Positions 1-10,169 of a stretch of 64,000 nt of DNA are shown one piece after another. The translations under genes were made by a program, and so were the position numbers. The DNA lies in NCBI GenBank assembly GCA_013151965.1, contig JAADHF010000132.1:10412-74411 (forward strand). The letters run 5' to 3'. The stretch is from Spirochaetota bacterium (GTDB lineage Bacteria > Spirochaetota > Spirochaetia > SZUA-6). The notes below the pieces were generated by a model. That model was not told the origin of the DNA and searched no databases. It saw nothing but the letters and a program-made list of their open reading frames with translations. How positions within the stretch are numbered: position 1 is the first letter of the stretch; each line of letters starts with the position of its first letter.

Positions 1-1
1 G

Positions 2-775
2 CATGCGATTAAATACTTTGACTTTCCTGTAAAAGAGGAAGGTGATATGGAAAAGTTAGAACTTCCTGATATGAGTGATCCCGATAGGTTTAAGGATATT
101 CAGGAAGACAGTAAGTATTTTAAAGACGCAGGTTTTGTACCGACCGGATCAATCCAGGGATTTTTTTCAGGAATTCACAATTCATTCATGGATTTTTCTA
201 CAACAATGATGAATTTAGTTTTAAAACCGGACTTTATGAAAAAATTCACAAGAATTTTGGCAGAGATCAGTTTAAAAGCAGCCGAAATGTATTTAGAAAG
301 AGGAGTCGAGGTTATAGATGTCTGTGATGATTTCGGAACTGCAGAGGGACTTTTGTTATCACCTGAATTGATAAGGAAATATTTTATTCCATGGTACGAA
401 GAACTTGCGCATTTAATCCATAAGTACGGAGCTTTTTTACACCTGCATTCTCATGGGAATATAGGTTCTATAATGCCCGATATTATTGCTGCCGGTGTGG
501 ATATAGTTAATCCTTTTGACCGGGCAGAAAACCCGAATTTAACTGATTTAGTAAAGAAATATAGCGGCAAGGTCGTATTCTGCGGCGGAATGGTTGGTGA
601 TCTATATCGTTATTCCATCGATAAAGTAGAAATATTTACAAAAAGAGCGTGTAAATTATCAAAAACAGCAGGTTATCATTACATTTTTATGGCAACCGAA
701 GCACCGGAAGAATTGGCACTAAAGGATTGGGAAAAATGGCGGCAGATTTTTAAAAGAGAAAGAATATTGAAATGA
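2..775 (+). CDS. Uroporphyrinogen decarboxylase (URO-D)/MtaA-like family protein, 5' end truncated by the window edge
   Basis: Frame is open from base 2 (HAIKYFDFPVKEEGD-MEKLELPD), so ATG 47 is probably internal. Family motifs CDDFGT..LLLSPE, HLHSHGN and DIVNPFD. Confidence 0.75.
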   Translation, partial: HAIKYFDFPVKEEGDMEKLELPDMSDPDRFKDIQEDSKYFKDAGFVPTGSIQGFFSGIHNSFMDFSTTMMNLVLKPDFMKKFTRILAEISLKAAEMYLERGVEVIDVCDDFGTAEGLLLSPELIRKYFIPWYEELAHLIHKYGAFLHLHSHGNIGSIMPDIIAAGVDIVNPFDRAENPNLTDLVKKYSGKVVFCGGMVGDLYRYSIDKVEIFTKRACKLSKTAGYHYIFMATEAPEELALKDWEKWRQIFKRERILK

Positions 776-1950
776 AAAAAGAAAAAATAGCTGAACTTAG
801 AAATTATTTTTATAACCAGGTAGTTAATGATACGATTCCGTTTTGGGTTAATAATTCGATAGATTATAAATACGGAGGATTTTTAACCTATCTGGATAGA
901 AAGGGCGATGTTCTGTCAACGGATAAATCGATGTGGGTTCAGGGTCGGGCAGCGTGGCTGTTTGCACGTATGTATAATGAGCTTGAAAAAAAAGATGAAT
1001 GGCTTGAATTATCTCATCACGGGATTGAATTTATTAAAAAATACGGATTTGATGCCGACGGACGTATGTTTTTCACTGTAACAAGAGAGGGTAAACCTTT
1101 AAGGAAACGCAGATATCTTTTTACGGAAACCTTTGCTGTTATTGCACTGGCAGAATATGCAAGAGCATCCGGTGATACGGAAGCTTTAACTTCTGCAAAA
1201 AATATTCTGGAATTGGTACTTAATTATTACAGGACAAAAGGTTCTTTGCCGGCAAAAGTCTATCCGGAAACCAGACAGACACGCAGCCTTTCTATGCCCA
1301 TGATTCTAATAAACACCATTCAGGTTTTAAGAAAATCGGAAAATGATAAAAGGTATAATAAACTGATAGATGAATTCATCGAAGAGATCTTTACATATTT
1401 TGCAAAGACCGTGCCGGGAATTCTTCTGGAGACCGTAGGCAGCAATGGTGAGTTTATAGATTTACCCGAGGGAAGATGTATAGACCCCGGACATACAATA
1501 GAAACATGCTGGTTCATAATGGAAGAGGGGAGAATTAGAAATGACAAACAGCTAATTATAAAGGTTTTGCCTTTTTTAGATTCTGCGCTAGAATTAGGCT
1601 GGGATAATAAATACGGCGGTTTATTTTACTATGTAGATATCAGGGGAAAACAAGCAGAACCGCTCGAATGGGACATGAAATTATGGTGGCCTCATAATGA
1701 GGCAATATATGCAACTTTTTTAGCGTATCATTTAACGGGGAAAAAGAAATATCTTAACTGGTTTCAGAAAATATTGGATTGGTCTCTTAAACATTTTCCT
1801 GATAAAGAGTACGGAGAATGGTTTGGATATCTTCATCGGGATGGGACCATTGCTCTGGATTTTAAGGGCAATAATTGGAAAGGACCTTTTCATCTCCCAA
1901 GGCAGGAACTTAATATGTATCTTCTGCTTTTAAAATTGCCTGGGAAATAG
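772..1950 (+). CDS. N-acylglucosamine 2-epimerase (AGE family)
   Basis: Motifs DKSMWVQGR, PGHTIE, KLWWPHNEA, GEWFGYLHRDG and KGPFHLPR, including the catalytic His residues. ATGA overlap with the upstream gene. Confidence 0.88.
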   Translation: MKKEKIAELRNYFYNQVVNDTIPFWVNNSIDYKYGGFLTYLDRKGDVLSTDKSMWVQGRAAWLFARMYNELEKKDEWLELSHHGIEFIKKYGFDADGRMFFTVTREGKPLRKRRYLFTETFAVIALAEYARASGDTEALTSAKNILELVLNYYRTKGSLPAKVYPETRQTRSLSMPMILINTIQVLRKSENDKRYNKLIDEFIEEIFTYFAKTVPGILLETVGSNGEFIDLPEGRCIDPGHTIETCWFIMEEGRIRNDKQLIIKVLPFLDSALELGWDNKYGGLFYYVDIRGKQAEPLEWDMKLWWPHNEAIYATFLAYHLTGKKKYLNWFQKILDWSLKHFPDKEYGEWFGYLHRDGTIALDFKGNNWKGPFHLPRQELNMYLLLLKLPGK

Positions 1951-1993
1951 TAATGAGTAATAAAAAATTATTTATTAAGCTGGAGTTAAATAA

Positions 1994-3124
1994 ATGAAAT
2001 TAACACGGAGAAAAGCGTTATTAACATTAATAAATGAGAAAAAAAATATCGGATATATTCCATTTTCTACTTATGGGGTCGACAGGTTCAGTCATAAGTG
2101 GATGGCAGACGATACTTCTTATCAGGAAGTATTGGAATATTCCGAGAAATACGGTCATATACAGGTTTCATATCTTCCATATTGGTGGTCATTCGGACTG
2201 ACTGATATTCTGGAGGTTGAAGATCCGGAACAAAAAGAAGAAAGTATTTATAAGAAGGGAGATACTACTTATTATCACTATACACTGCATACACCGGTGA
2301 AGGACCTTACCGCGGAATATAAACGGATTAAAGGGAATATGTCGATTTGGAGAGAGGATAATTTAATTAAAACGGATCAGGACATAGATTCTTTTTTATC
2401 CATGCCTTTTAAACCGAAATTGCCTGATATCAAGATATATAAAAGGCTGCTGTCTCAGTTAGGAGAATCCGGGATAATGCAGGTTCAGATGCCGAATCCG
2501 ATTGGGTTGATAATCGAAAACATGGGATATGAAGATTTTCTGCTCCGTGTTTATACCATGCCGGAAAAAATCGATGCATTATTAGAGAAGGCACAGCAAA
2601 TTATTATTAACTGGCTTGATATTATCTTACAGGCAGGAATCGGTGAATCATTTCGAATATGTGGTGCCGAGTATTGTGCACCGCCGATGGCATCTCCCGC
2701 CTTTTATCACCATTCTGTAACTGAACTTGATAAGCCTATTGTAAAAATGATTCACGGCGCAGATGGTATTGTGCAGTACCATTGTCATGGCCCTATTAGC
2801 AGGATATTGGATGATTTTATAGAACTTGGCGTAGATGCAATTGATCCGTGCGAGCCTTCTCCTAATGGTGATATTTCCCTTGGCGATATAGCGCATCGGG
2901 TTGAAAGCTCTATGGTTATTATGGGTAATATTGAATTAGATGCACTTGACCGTGCAGCACCTGAAGAAATTGAAAAATTGGTGGCAACAGCAATCGATGA
3001 GGTTGCAGGTAAAGCTCTCTTTTTGCTAATGCCTACGAGTTCTCCATTTATAAGCCCATTGCCTGTAAAAACTTCTGATAATATTATTTCATTTATAAAT
3101 GCAGCTTTAAAGTATGGAGGATGA
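1994..3124 (+). CDS. URO-D/methyltransferase-like family protein
   Basis: GAEYCAPPMASP, YHCHGP, GVDAIDPCEP.P.GD and MGNIE motifs of URO-D-like TIM barrels. Confidence 0.7.
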   Translation: MKLTRRKALLTLINEKKNIGYIPFSTYGVDRFSHKWMADDTSYQEVLEYSEKYGHIQVSYLPYWWSFGLTDILEVEDPEQKEESIYKKGDTTYYHYTLHTPVKDLTAEYKRIKGNMSIWREDNLIKTDQDIDSFLSMPFKPKLPDIKIYKRLLSQLGESGIMQVQMPNPIGLIIENMGYEDFLLRVYTMPEKIDALLEKAQQIIINWLDIILQAGIGESFRICGAEYCAPPMASPAFYHHSVTELDKPIVKMIHGADGIVQYHCHGPISRILDDFIELGVDAIDPCEPSPNGDISLGDIAHRVESSMVIMGNIELDALDRAAPEEIEKLVATAIDEVAGKALFLLMPTSSPFISPLPVKTSDNIISFINAALKYGG

Positions 3125-3128
3125 ATAA

Positions 3129-4145
3129 TTAAAGTTTATAATCTTTACAGGCGCTGACTATAGCTTTCAGGTTTGCTAAAGGAGTCATTCTGGGCACACC
3201 GCAACCGGGAGACATTACAATCCCGGTATTAAAGTTTCCGCTTTTAAGAATATTCTGAGTAGCTTTGTATATCGCCTCGGGACTATTCATTAATAAAAAG
3301 GTAGTATCAAGATTGCCTTTTAGAGATATTTTATCTCCGAGCAGCCGGCGGGCAGCAGCCATTTGTACTTTAGCATCTACCTCGAATCCCTGTATGTTTA
3401 AACCCTTTAATAGGTGCAGGATATGCCGGGTATCACCGCATATATGAATCCAGAGATCGCAGTTTTTACCTGACAGAGCATCTATGGTTTTCTTTTGATA
3501 GGGAAGAACAAATTTTTCATAATGTCCGGGACTAACCAGACCGGCTGTTGCATCTCCGTATTGAATACCATGTACTCCCGTTGCAATCATCTGTTCTCCG
3601 TAAGCGATAACCACTTCGGTACAGAAATCTAAAAAATCTTTAAGCAATTGTTCATCTTCCGTCACGATATCCAGTAAAAAGTTTTGAGTACCTCTCAATA
3701 TTGCTGCCAGACTAAAGGGACCGCTGTCTATATTAGCCTGAATATAGTACTTGTTGCCTGCCTCCCGGACTATTTTTTTTACCGCAGCAAGTACAGTCTG
3801 CATCCCGGGTGCTGTTTCGGGATAGGGCACCTTAAGCCTTGTATATTCCTTCACTGACTGCAGTATCGCTTTTTTGCTGTAGGACTCATCATCCTCCGGA
3901 AAAGTCAGATTACCTCCGAGAGCCTGGTGACAGACCCAGTTGTCTCTGGATACATATATTCCATCACTGCCGGTTAAATCGCGGGCTTTCATAAGCGTAT
4001 CGGCCATAATTTCAGGGTTAAGGTTGTATTCTCTCTGTTTTACACCTAACAGCCGGCAGGCAGGTGCTAAGAGAATCGGGAAAGTCGGAATACGGTCTAT
4101 CTTTTCTCCCCGGATTGATTTTCGGGTTCGTTCCAGACTATTCAT
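3129..4145 (-). CDS. MtaA/CmuA-like (URO-D family) methyltransferase
   Basis: DRIPTFP, GPFSLA, VSP..YEKF, IHICG and SPGCG (His-X-Cys...Cys Zn-type motif), KGNLD. Confidence 0.8.
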   Translation of the reverse strand: MNSLERTRKSIRGEKIDRIPTFPILLAPACRLLGVKQREYNLNPEIMADTLMKARDLTGSDGIYVSRDNWVCHQALGGNLTFPEDDESYSKKAILQSVKEYTRLKVPYPETAPGMQTVLAAVKKIVREAGNKYYIQANIDSGPFSLAAILRGTQNFLLDIVTEDEQLLKDFLDFCTEVVIAYGEQMIATGVHGIQYGDATAGLVSPGHYEKFVLPYQKKTIDALSGKNCDLWIHICGDTRHILHLLKGLNIQGFEVDAKVQMAAARRLLGDKISLKGNLDTTFLLMNSPEAIYKATQNILKSGNFNTGIVMSPGCGVPRMTPLANLKAIVSACKDYKL

Positions 4146-4538
4146 GAAAAAATTCCTTAAAAGGAAATCTAATGGTCTATTAAAACAGCAATAGTCACAA
4201 AGTTATTATTAAATGTTTACAGCCACACCTGCTGTAAATATTATTACAACTTTTCTCTTTTAAAGTCAAATAATTTTCATGAGACTAACGGCTGCCCCAT
4301 GATTAGCGTGATGGAGATTTTTTAACTTTACTATTGTTAAAGAGCATATCTCTGCGATGGGTTTTCCTATTGAAACTAAATATTTAATCTTTCTATCCTA
4401 TTAAAATTTAATAACGTTAATCCATACTGCAGACCAATCCGAAAATTGATATAGGAGTGTGGTACGGGCTTAACAGTTTGCCGTTCATGTAAAGAAAACC
4501 GCACCGTACAACTTATAGATGTTTTAAGGAGTTTTGTC

Positions 4539-5063
4539 ATGGAAACTGCAGAGAAGTTATCATTCGAGAAGGATCTGCTTATAGGAAAATTTAAACAGGA
4601 AATGAGTATAGAAATACAGCTTCTCGATAGCTTTTTTAGACTTGAGGAAGAGCTTCACAGCGCGATTTACGAAAAAGAATGGACACGGATAGAGGAACTG
4701 GTATCGAATCTTAAAAATACCGGAACCGATATCGAAAATATAGATGACAGGCGGGACCAGTACTTTAGTGCCGTTAAAAAACACCTGGGTCTGTCCGTTG
4801 CTTCGGGTTTGTCCGAAATGCTTGGCTACATGGAAAAGGAACAACAGGAGGAAATACAAAAGCTCCACAGGGACCTGAAAATACGGGTTGTAAAGGTTAA
4901 GGGTTCCACGGGAAGGCTTAGATATTTATTCAGAACACTTTCCGAGTCATTAAATGATATACTTGGCGAGGTGTTCCCTCATCGAAAGGGGAAAATCTAT
5001 TCTATGCATGGCAGGCCTGCGGAATATGCGGAAGAGTCTGTTATGGTAAACAGGAACCTATAG
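4539..5063 (+). CDS. flgN: FlgN-like flagellar export chaperone
   Basis: Helical 174 aa ORF with AAGGAG RBS directly upstream of flgK. Call rests mainly on position. Confidence 0.55.
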   Translation: METAEKLSFEKDLLIGKFKQEMSIEIQLLDSFFRLEEELHSAIYEKEWTRIEELVSNLKNTGTDIENIDDRRDQYFSAVKKHLGLSVASGLSEMLGYMEKEQQEEIQKLHRDLKIRVVKVKGSTGRLRYLFRTLSESLNDILGEVFPHRKGKIYSMHGRPAEYAEESVMVNRNL

Positions 5064-5072
5064 GAGGAAGCA

Positions 5073-6947
5073 GTGCAGTCGAGTTTTGCCGGTATAGAAA
5101 TTGGTAAGAGAAGTTTAATAACCCATACTCAGGGACTTAATACAATCGGGCATAATATGAGCAATGCGGACGTAGAGGGTTACAGCCGTCAGCGGATAGA
5201 GATGCGCGCGGCGGATCCGCTTTATGTTCCCGGGTTAAACAGGGAAGAAACTCCGGGGCAGATAGGGCAGGGGGTGGAGACCACATCTATCCGCCGGATA
5301 AAAGATATGCTTCTGCAGGGAAGAATAGTTGCGGAGAAGAACGGGCAGGGGTACTGGCAGCAGCGTGACAAGTATATCCTGATGCTGGAACAAGTCTATA
5401 ATGAGCCCTCGGATCTTTCCGTCAGGGCATTGATGGATAAATTCTGGGAATCATGGCAGGACCTGTCGCTCCATCCGGGCCAAATGGCATCCAGAAAAGC
5501 GGTTCTTCAGAGAGGGTTAACCTTAGTCGATGCTATTCATAAGCGCTACAGCAGGTTTAAAGGTATTCGCGATGAGATAGAGGGAGATGTTCAGGGTACT
5601 GTTAGTCAGATTAATTCGTTTATTAAAAATATTGCATCGTTAAACACGCAGATTGTAAAAGTCCAGGCTATGGGAGATAGTCCGAATGATCTGCTGGACA
5701 GAAGAGACCTTCTCGTTGAAAAATTATCTTCACTTATTGATATTACCGTAAATAACCGGGATCCTGATGAGTTTACAATAAATTCCGGCGGAATGCATAT
5801 TGTGCAGGGAAAACATTACGAAGCATTATCAGCGGTTCGTGATCCCGGTAATGAAGGTTATTCGAAGGTTGTATGGAAAGACGGCGGAACAAAAGCTTAT
5901 TTCCGCGGCGGAAAACTGGCCTCTCTTGTGGAGCTGAGAGATTCGGATACAAAGGAAGAGATTCAGAAACTCGACTTAATGGCTGTCAATTTCATGGACC
6001 TTGTTAATGAGATTCATAAAAAGGGATACGGACTTAATAATGAAACAGGGAATAACTTTTTTGTCGAGTATCCCTTTATTAATAATGTCTCAGGTAATTA
6101 TGACAGAAACGGTGACGGGCAGTACGACTCTTCCTATATTTTCCGGCTTACAGGCGGTAATGTGCTGAAAGCCAAAGATCAGATAGGCCTTAAGGGAACA
6201 CTAACCCTTTCGGGAGCGAATGGTAATATAACGGTTCCATACCATCCGACAGATACGGTAGAGGATGTTATAAAGAGGATTAATCTTTCAGGTGCGGAAG
6301 TCTCCGCACATCTGGATTATTCAGGGAGGCTCTCGTTAAAGGGTGTGCCTTCCTCTTCCCTGGCAAACCCGGATTTTGTAATTCGGCATGTGGAGGATTC
6401 CGGACAGTTTTTAGCAGGATACGCGGGGATCCTATCTGCACCCGGCAAGGCCGGAACGTACGATTGGGCAAAAGCGAATGCAGTACTCGATCTTAACAAC
6501 AAGGCCGATTTTGCAGTTGCACCTCTGGCACATCCGTCAGGCTGGGTAACGGTAAATCCGAAGATAATAAATGATCCGGGCAATATCGTATCTTCTTTCG
6601 GATATAACGGCAAATCGGAAGGAACTGGCGACGGCTCTGCAGCTCTGGCAATAGCCGGTTTGCGGACAAAACCTGTTATGATCGGTCTTATAAACAATTT
6701 TGACGATTACTTCAGTATGGTTACAGCGGATATCGGGCTTAAGGGTGAGCAGGCATCAAATTCTTTACAAACGGAAAAACTCGTTATGAAAGAGCTTACC
6801 GATCAGAGAGAATCAATCTCCGGAGTAAATATAGATGAGGAAGTATCCAATATGATTAAATTCCAGCGCGGATACGAAGCTGCGGCAAGATTTGTTACGG
6901 AAGTGGATAAAATGCTGGACCTGATCATAAACAGAATGGCCGTATAG
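5073..6947 (+). CDS. flgK: Flagellar hook-associated protein 1
   Basis: GHNMSNADVEGYSRQR, PNDLLDRRD and C-terminal SGVNIDEEVSNMIKFQ..YEAAAR. GTG start with AGGAGG RBS. Confidence 0.96.
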   Translation: MQSSFAGIEIGKRSLITHTQGLNTIGHNMSNADVEGYSRQRIEMRAADPLYVPGLNREETPGQIGQGVETTSIRRIKDMLLQGRIVAEKNGQGYWQQRDKYILMLEQVYNEPSDLSVRALMDKFWESWQDLSLHPGQMASRKAVLQRGLTLVDAIHKRYSRFKGIRDEIEGDVQGTVSQINSFIKNIASLNTQIVKVQAMGDSPNDLLDRRDLLVEKLSSLIDITVNNRDPDEFTINSGGMHIVQGKHYEALSAVRDPGNEGYSKVVWKDGGTKAYFRGGKLASLVELRDSDTKEEIQKLDLMAVNFMDLVNEIHKKGYGLNNETGNNFFVEYPFINNVSGNYDRNGDGQYDSSYIFRLTGGNVLKAKDQIGLKGTLTLSGANGNITVPYHPTDTVEDVIKRINLSGAEVSAHLDYSGRLSLKGVPSSSLANPDFVIRHVEDSGQFLAGYAGILSAPGKAGTYDWAKANAVLDLNNKADFAVAPLAHPSGWVTVNPKIINDPGNIVSSFGYNGKSEGTGDGSAALAIAGLRTKPVMIGLINNFDDYFSMVTADIGLKGEQASNSLQTEKLVMKELTDQRESISGVNIDEEVSNMIKFQRGYEAAARFVTEVDKMLDLIINRMAV

Positions 6948-7024
6948 CAGCTGAAAAAGGAATGATGTAGGATAATGAACGGAATAATAAGGATGTACGT
7001 TAATTACAAGGAGTGTAAATAGAT

Positions 7025-8272
7025 ATGAGACGGATCAGTACGAATCAATCCAATTTGGATACACAGTACTACATGCGTTTAAGAGAATGGCAGATGAATC
7101 AGCTCAACAATAAAATGTCTTCTCAGAAGAGGATACAGAACCTTCGTGACGATCCCCTGGCTGCTGCAAAGTCTACAAGGTATAAGTCCGAAATTACAAG
7201 GATGAAACGCTACACTAAAAACATAGGTAATATGCGCGGAAATCTTTCGGTAACAGAGGGATATTTAAGAGACGGGCTTAATATTCTGCAGCGGGTGCGG
7301 GAACTGGCTGTCCAGGGTGCAAACGGAGTTCTCAATAAGGATCAGATGGCATATATAGGGCAGGAAATAAATGAGCTTTTAAAAGAGTTTGTTTCGATTT
7401 CCAATTCGAAAGGTGCAGACGGCGAAATGCTCTTTTCCGGCTACAAAACAAATACGACACCCTTCCGTATAAATACTGGTAATGTGCCGGGTGCAAAGGG
7501 AGAGGTAATAACATCTGTGGATTACATTGGCGATATCGGGAAAAATAAGGGAGAGATATCGGACGACGCTTATACATCCGCAAATATCCCGGGAAACTAT
7601 GCCTTCTGGGCAGAGGATCAGCAGATATATTCCAATACTGATGCAAGGAATTACAGGGCTCAGGAAGATTCGACAATAAGGATCGACGGTGTTGATATTC
7701 ATGTAAATACCGGTGATAATGTCTATGCAATTATAAGCAAGATAAATGATTCCTCTGCACCTGTTAAGGCAAGACTCGATCCCATTAAAAATTCTCTTGC
7801 ATTACAGACCACCTTCCCTCACCAGATGTGGCTGGAGGATCAGGGCAATGGTACCGTGCTTCAGGATCTGGGAATCGTATCCAGTTTAAATAAGAACCCT
7901 CCATTAAATAATGATAAAACTTCCCGGGTATTCGGAGGATCCATATTTGATATGATTATTCACCTGCGCGACAGCCTCTACCGCGGAGATGCGGAAACGG
8001 TAGGCAGTTCCGGACTGGCCGGTATAGATAAGGCGGTTAACAGCCTGGTATCCAACATTGCAGATGTGGGCGCAAAGGATGCGCGTCTTGAGGTTACTAT
8101 GAAAAGGCTTAATACGATAATACCGGACTTTATAAAGATGGATTCGGAAGAAACGGATCTTGATCTGAGTAAGGCGATTACAGACCTCAAGATGCTGGAA
8201 TATACAAATCAGGCTGCACTTTCTACGGCAGGGAGAGTACTGCGTCCGACTTTACTCGATTTTCTGCGTTAG
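7025..8272 (+). CDS. flgL: Flagellar hook-associated protein 3
   Basis: Flagellin-like termini (DDPLAAA, LQRVRELAVQGANG, PTLLDFLR). Follows flgK. Confidence 0.95.
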   Translation: MRRISTNQSNLDTQYYMRLREWQMNQLNNKMSSQKRIQNLRDDPLAAAKSTRYKSEITRMKRYTKNIGNMRGNLSVTEGYLRDGLNILQRVRELAVQGANGVLNKDQMAYIGQEINELLKEFVSISNSKGADGEMLFSGYKTNTTPFRINTGNVPGAKGEVITSVDYIGDIGKNKGEISDDAYTSANIPGNYAFWAEDQQIYSNTDARNYRAQEDSTIRIDGVDIHVNTGDNVYAIISKINDSSAPVKARLDPIKNSLALQTTFPHQMWLEDQGNGTVLQDLGIVSSLNKNPPLNNDKTSRVFGGSIFDMIIHLRDSLYRGDAETVGSSGLAGIDKAVNSLVSNIADVGAKDARLEVTMKRLNTIIPDFIKMDSEETDLDLSKAITDLKMLEYTNQAALSTAGRVLRPTLLDFLR

Positions 8273-8278
8273 AATTAT

Positions 8279-8740
8279 ATGGAGTATAAAATGAAAATTG
8301 ATACAAAGCCGTACGGTTCTATCGATATCGATGAGCGTCAGAAGATATTCTTCCCCTACGGGGTACTGGGCTTTGAGAGTTTAAAGGATTATGTTCTGCT
8401 CGATGCCCAGCAGCAGCCCTTTTACTGGCTGCAGTCTCTGGATGTTACGGAGATTGCCTTTGTACTGATAAACCCGAGAATATTCCGGCCGGACTATAAA
8501 CTCGATGTGGATAAAGAAGAACTTAAAGAAATAGGCATAGAATCAGAGGACGATATACTGGATTTTGCCATAGTTACGATTCCGGAGAACAGTTCCAATA
8601 TGACTGCCAATCTGCAGGGACCTGTTATTATCAATAAAAAAACAAGGGTGGGCAGGCAGTCAATATCCTTAAATCCTGACTGGCATGTACGGCACAGGAT
8701 ACTGGACGAATTAGCTTCGGTAAGGCAGGAATCATGCTGA
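8279..8740 (+). CDS. fliW: Flagellar assembly factor FliW (CsrA antagonist); true start may be 8291
   Basis: [27 protein letters not shown]. Confidence 0.95.
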   Translation: MEYKMKIDTKPYGSIDIDERQKIFFPYGVLGFESLKDYVLLDAQQQPFYWLQSLDVTEIAFVLINPRIFRPDYKLDVDKEELKEIGIESEDDILDFAIVTIPENSSNMTANLQGPVIINKKTRVGRQSISLNPDWHVRHRILDELASVRQESC

Positions 8741-9030
8741 TACTGACACGGAAATTAAACGAGAGTATAATGATAGGCGACCAGATAGAGATTTCCATAG
8801 TAGATATTCGCGGTGATCAGGTAAAACTTGGTATTCAGGCACCTAAAAATATTAAGGTTTACAGGCAGGAAGTATACCGGGCAATTCAGAAAGAGAACAT
8901 AGAAGCGGTAAAGTCCAAACCCGAACTTATCTTTTCTCTGGATAACCTTTTAGATAAGAGCACCGGCGCGCAGAGTACAAAGATGAGTAAACCAAAAAAC
9001 GGGAAAACCGGAGATAAGCAAAAAAAGTAG
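8734..9030 (+). CDS. csrA: Carbon storage regulator CsrA
   Basis: [16 protein letters not shown]...[15 protein letters not shown], plus the C-terminal extension (ENIEA) typical of FliW-regulated CsrA. Confidence 0.97.
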   Translation: MLILTRKLNESIMIGDQIEISIVDIRGDQVKLGIQAPKNIKVYRQEVYRAIQKENIEAVKSKPELIFSLDNLLDKSTGAQSTKMSKPKNGKTGDKQKK

Positions 9031-9074
9031 TATATTAAAGCCTGTTAAAAGGCCTGCCGGCGGAGATTCTTATA

Positions 9075-10163
9075 CTAATCAGTTAAAGTATTAAAGATAT
9101 CAGCAAAGTCATCCTGTACGGAAACAAACTGTTCCACAATAAACGGGTCGAAATGTGTTCCGGCCTCATTAACAATAATTGATCTTGCTTTTTTGTGCGA
9201 GAAAGATTTTTTATAGGCTCTTTCCATTCGAAGGGCATCGTAAACATCTGCGATTGTTACTATCCGTGCACTCAGCGGGATAAAATCTCCGCTTAGTTCA
9301 TGAGGATATCCGGAACCGTTCCACCATTCATGATGACGAAGAGCGATTTCACGTGCCATGGAGTTGGGATATGTACTTAAGATGTATGCACCGTTAATAG
9401 TATGTTCTTTCATTATTTCCCACTCCCATTCTTCTAAAGGCCCTTCTTTATTGAGTATATCATCCGGTGTCCCTATTTTCCCCACATCATGCATGGCTGC
9501 AAGAAAACCTATATTCTGGATAAATTCATTATCCAGCTGCGAATATTTTCCGGTTTTTAAAAGGGTCTCGGTAAGATTTTTCGAATACCGGTTTACACGC
9601 TCTATATGATTGCCTGTATCGTTGTCTTTAAGCCTTGCCGCTTCCAGGAGGCTTTTGAATGTATTCTGGAGTATCTCTCTGTATTCGTGGCTGATGTCAT
9701 TATAAACACACCCGAAGGCAATCGGTTTCTGCATATCATCCCGATCCGAAAACAGCGGAACGATAAGAAGTTTTGTTATAACGGATAACTGTTTATGGCT
9801 TTTTCTTTCCACCCGTCCATACCAGCTATACCCGTTTTCCTTTGAATTAAGATGAAGGATAAGGTCTTTCAGAGTATTCTGAGATAGATATCCGGTATAG
9901 TATTGAGGCAGGCTGTTTCCGATAAAACTATCAAAAGTTCCGAAGGTTTCGGTAAAAGAATTATTATTCCAGATTATTTTTAAATCCCTGTCCATAATAA
10001 TTGAAGGGATGGGACTTAAACCGTAACTTTTCTTCCATATTCCGACACTCACGTTACCATTAATATTACTTTCTGTTTCTTCCGCTGTTTCGGTTTCTAT
10101 ATTTTCGAGTTCTTCGATTTCCTCTAGTTCTTCTAATTCCTCGACTTCCTGATCATCAGACAT
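9075..10163 (-). CDS. HD-GYP c-di-GMP phosphodiesterase with PAS-like N-terminal region
   Basis: DTGNHIERV, MHDVGKIG, HHEWWNGSGYP, ADVYDAL, GTHFDP. Acidic EELEEL N-terminus. Confidence 0.9.
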   Translation of the reverse strand: MSDDQEVEELEELEEIEELENIETETAEETESNINGNVSVGIWKKSYGLSPIPSIIMDRDLKIIWNNNSFTETFGTFDSFIGNSLPQYYTGYLSQNTLKDLILHLNSKENGYSWYGRVERKSHKQLSVITKLLIVPLFSDRDDMQKPIAFGCVYNDISHEYREILQNTFKSLLEAARLKDNDTGNHIERVNRYSKNLTETLLKTGKYSQLDNEFIQNIGFLAAMHDVGKIGTPDDILNKEGPLEEWEWEIMKEHTINGAYILSTYPNSMAREIALRHHEWWNGSGYPHELSGDFIPLSARIVTIADVYDALRMERAYKKSFSHKKARSIIVNEAGTHFDPFIVEQFVSVQDDFADIFNTLTD

Positions 10164-10169
10164 TCTACT

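Noticed and set aside
4270..4538. Possible riboswitch, IS remnant or sigma28 promoter upstream of flgN
   Set aside because: Only weak hairpins and no transposase-like frame. TAAT-N16-TCCGAAAA (4418-4445) is too degenerate to call.
10100..10160. Short repeat run (GAAGAA/CTAGAA-like) as a DNA repeat or CRISPR
   Set aside because: It encodes a low-complexity EELEEL tract, with synonymous variation and no spacers.
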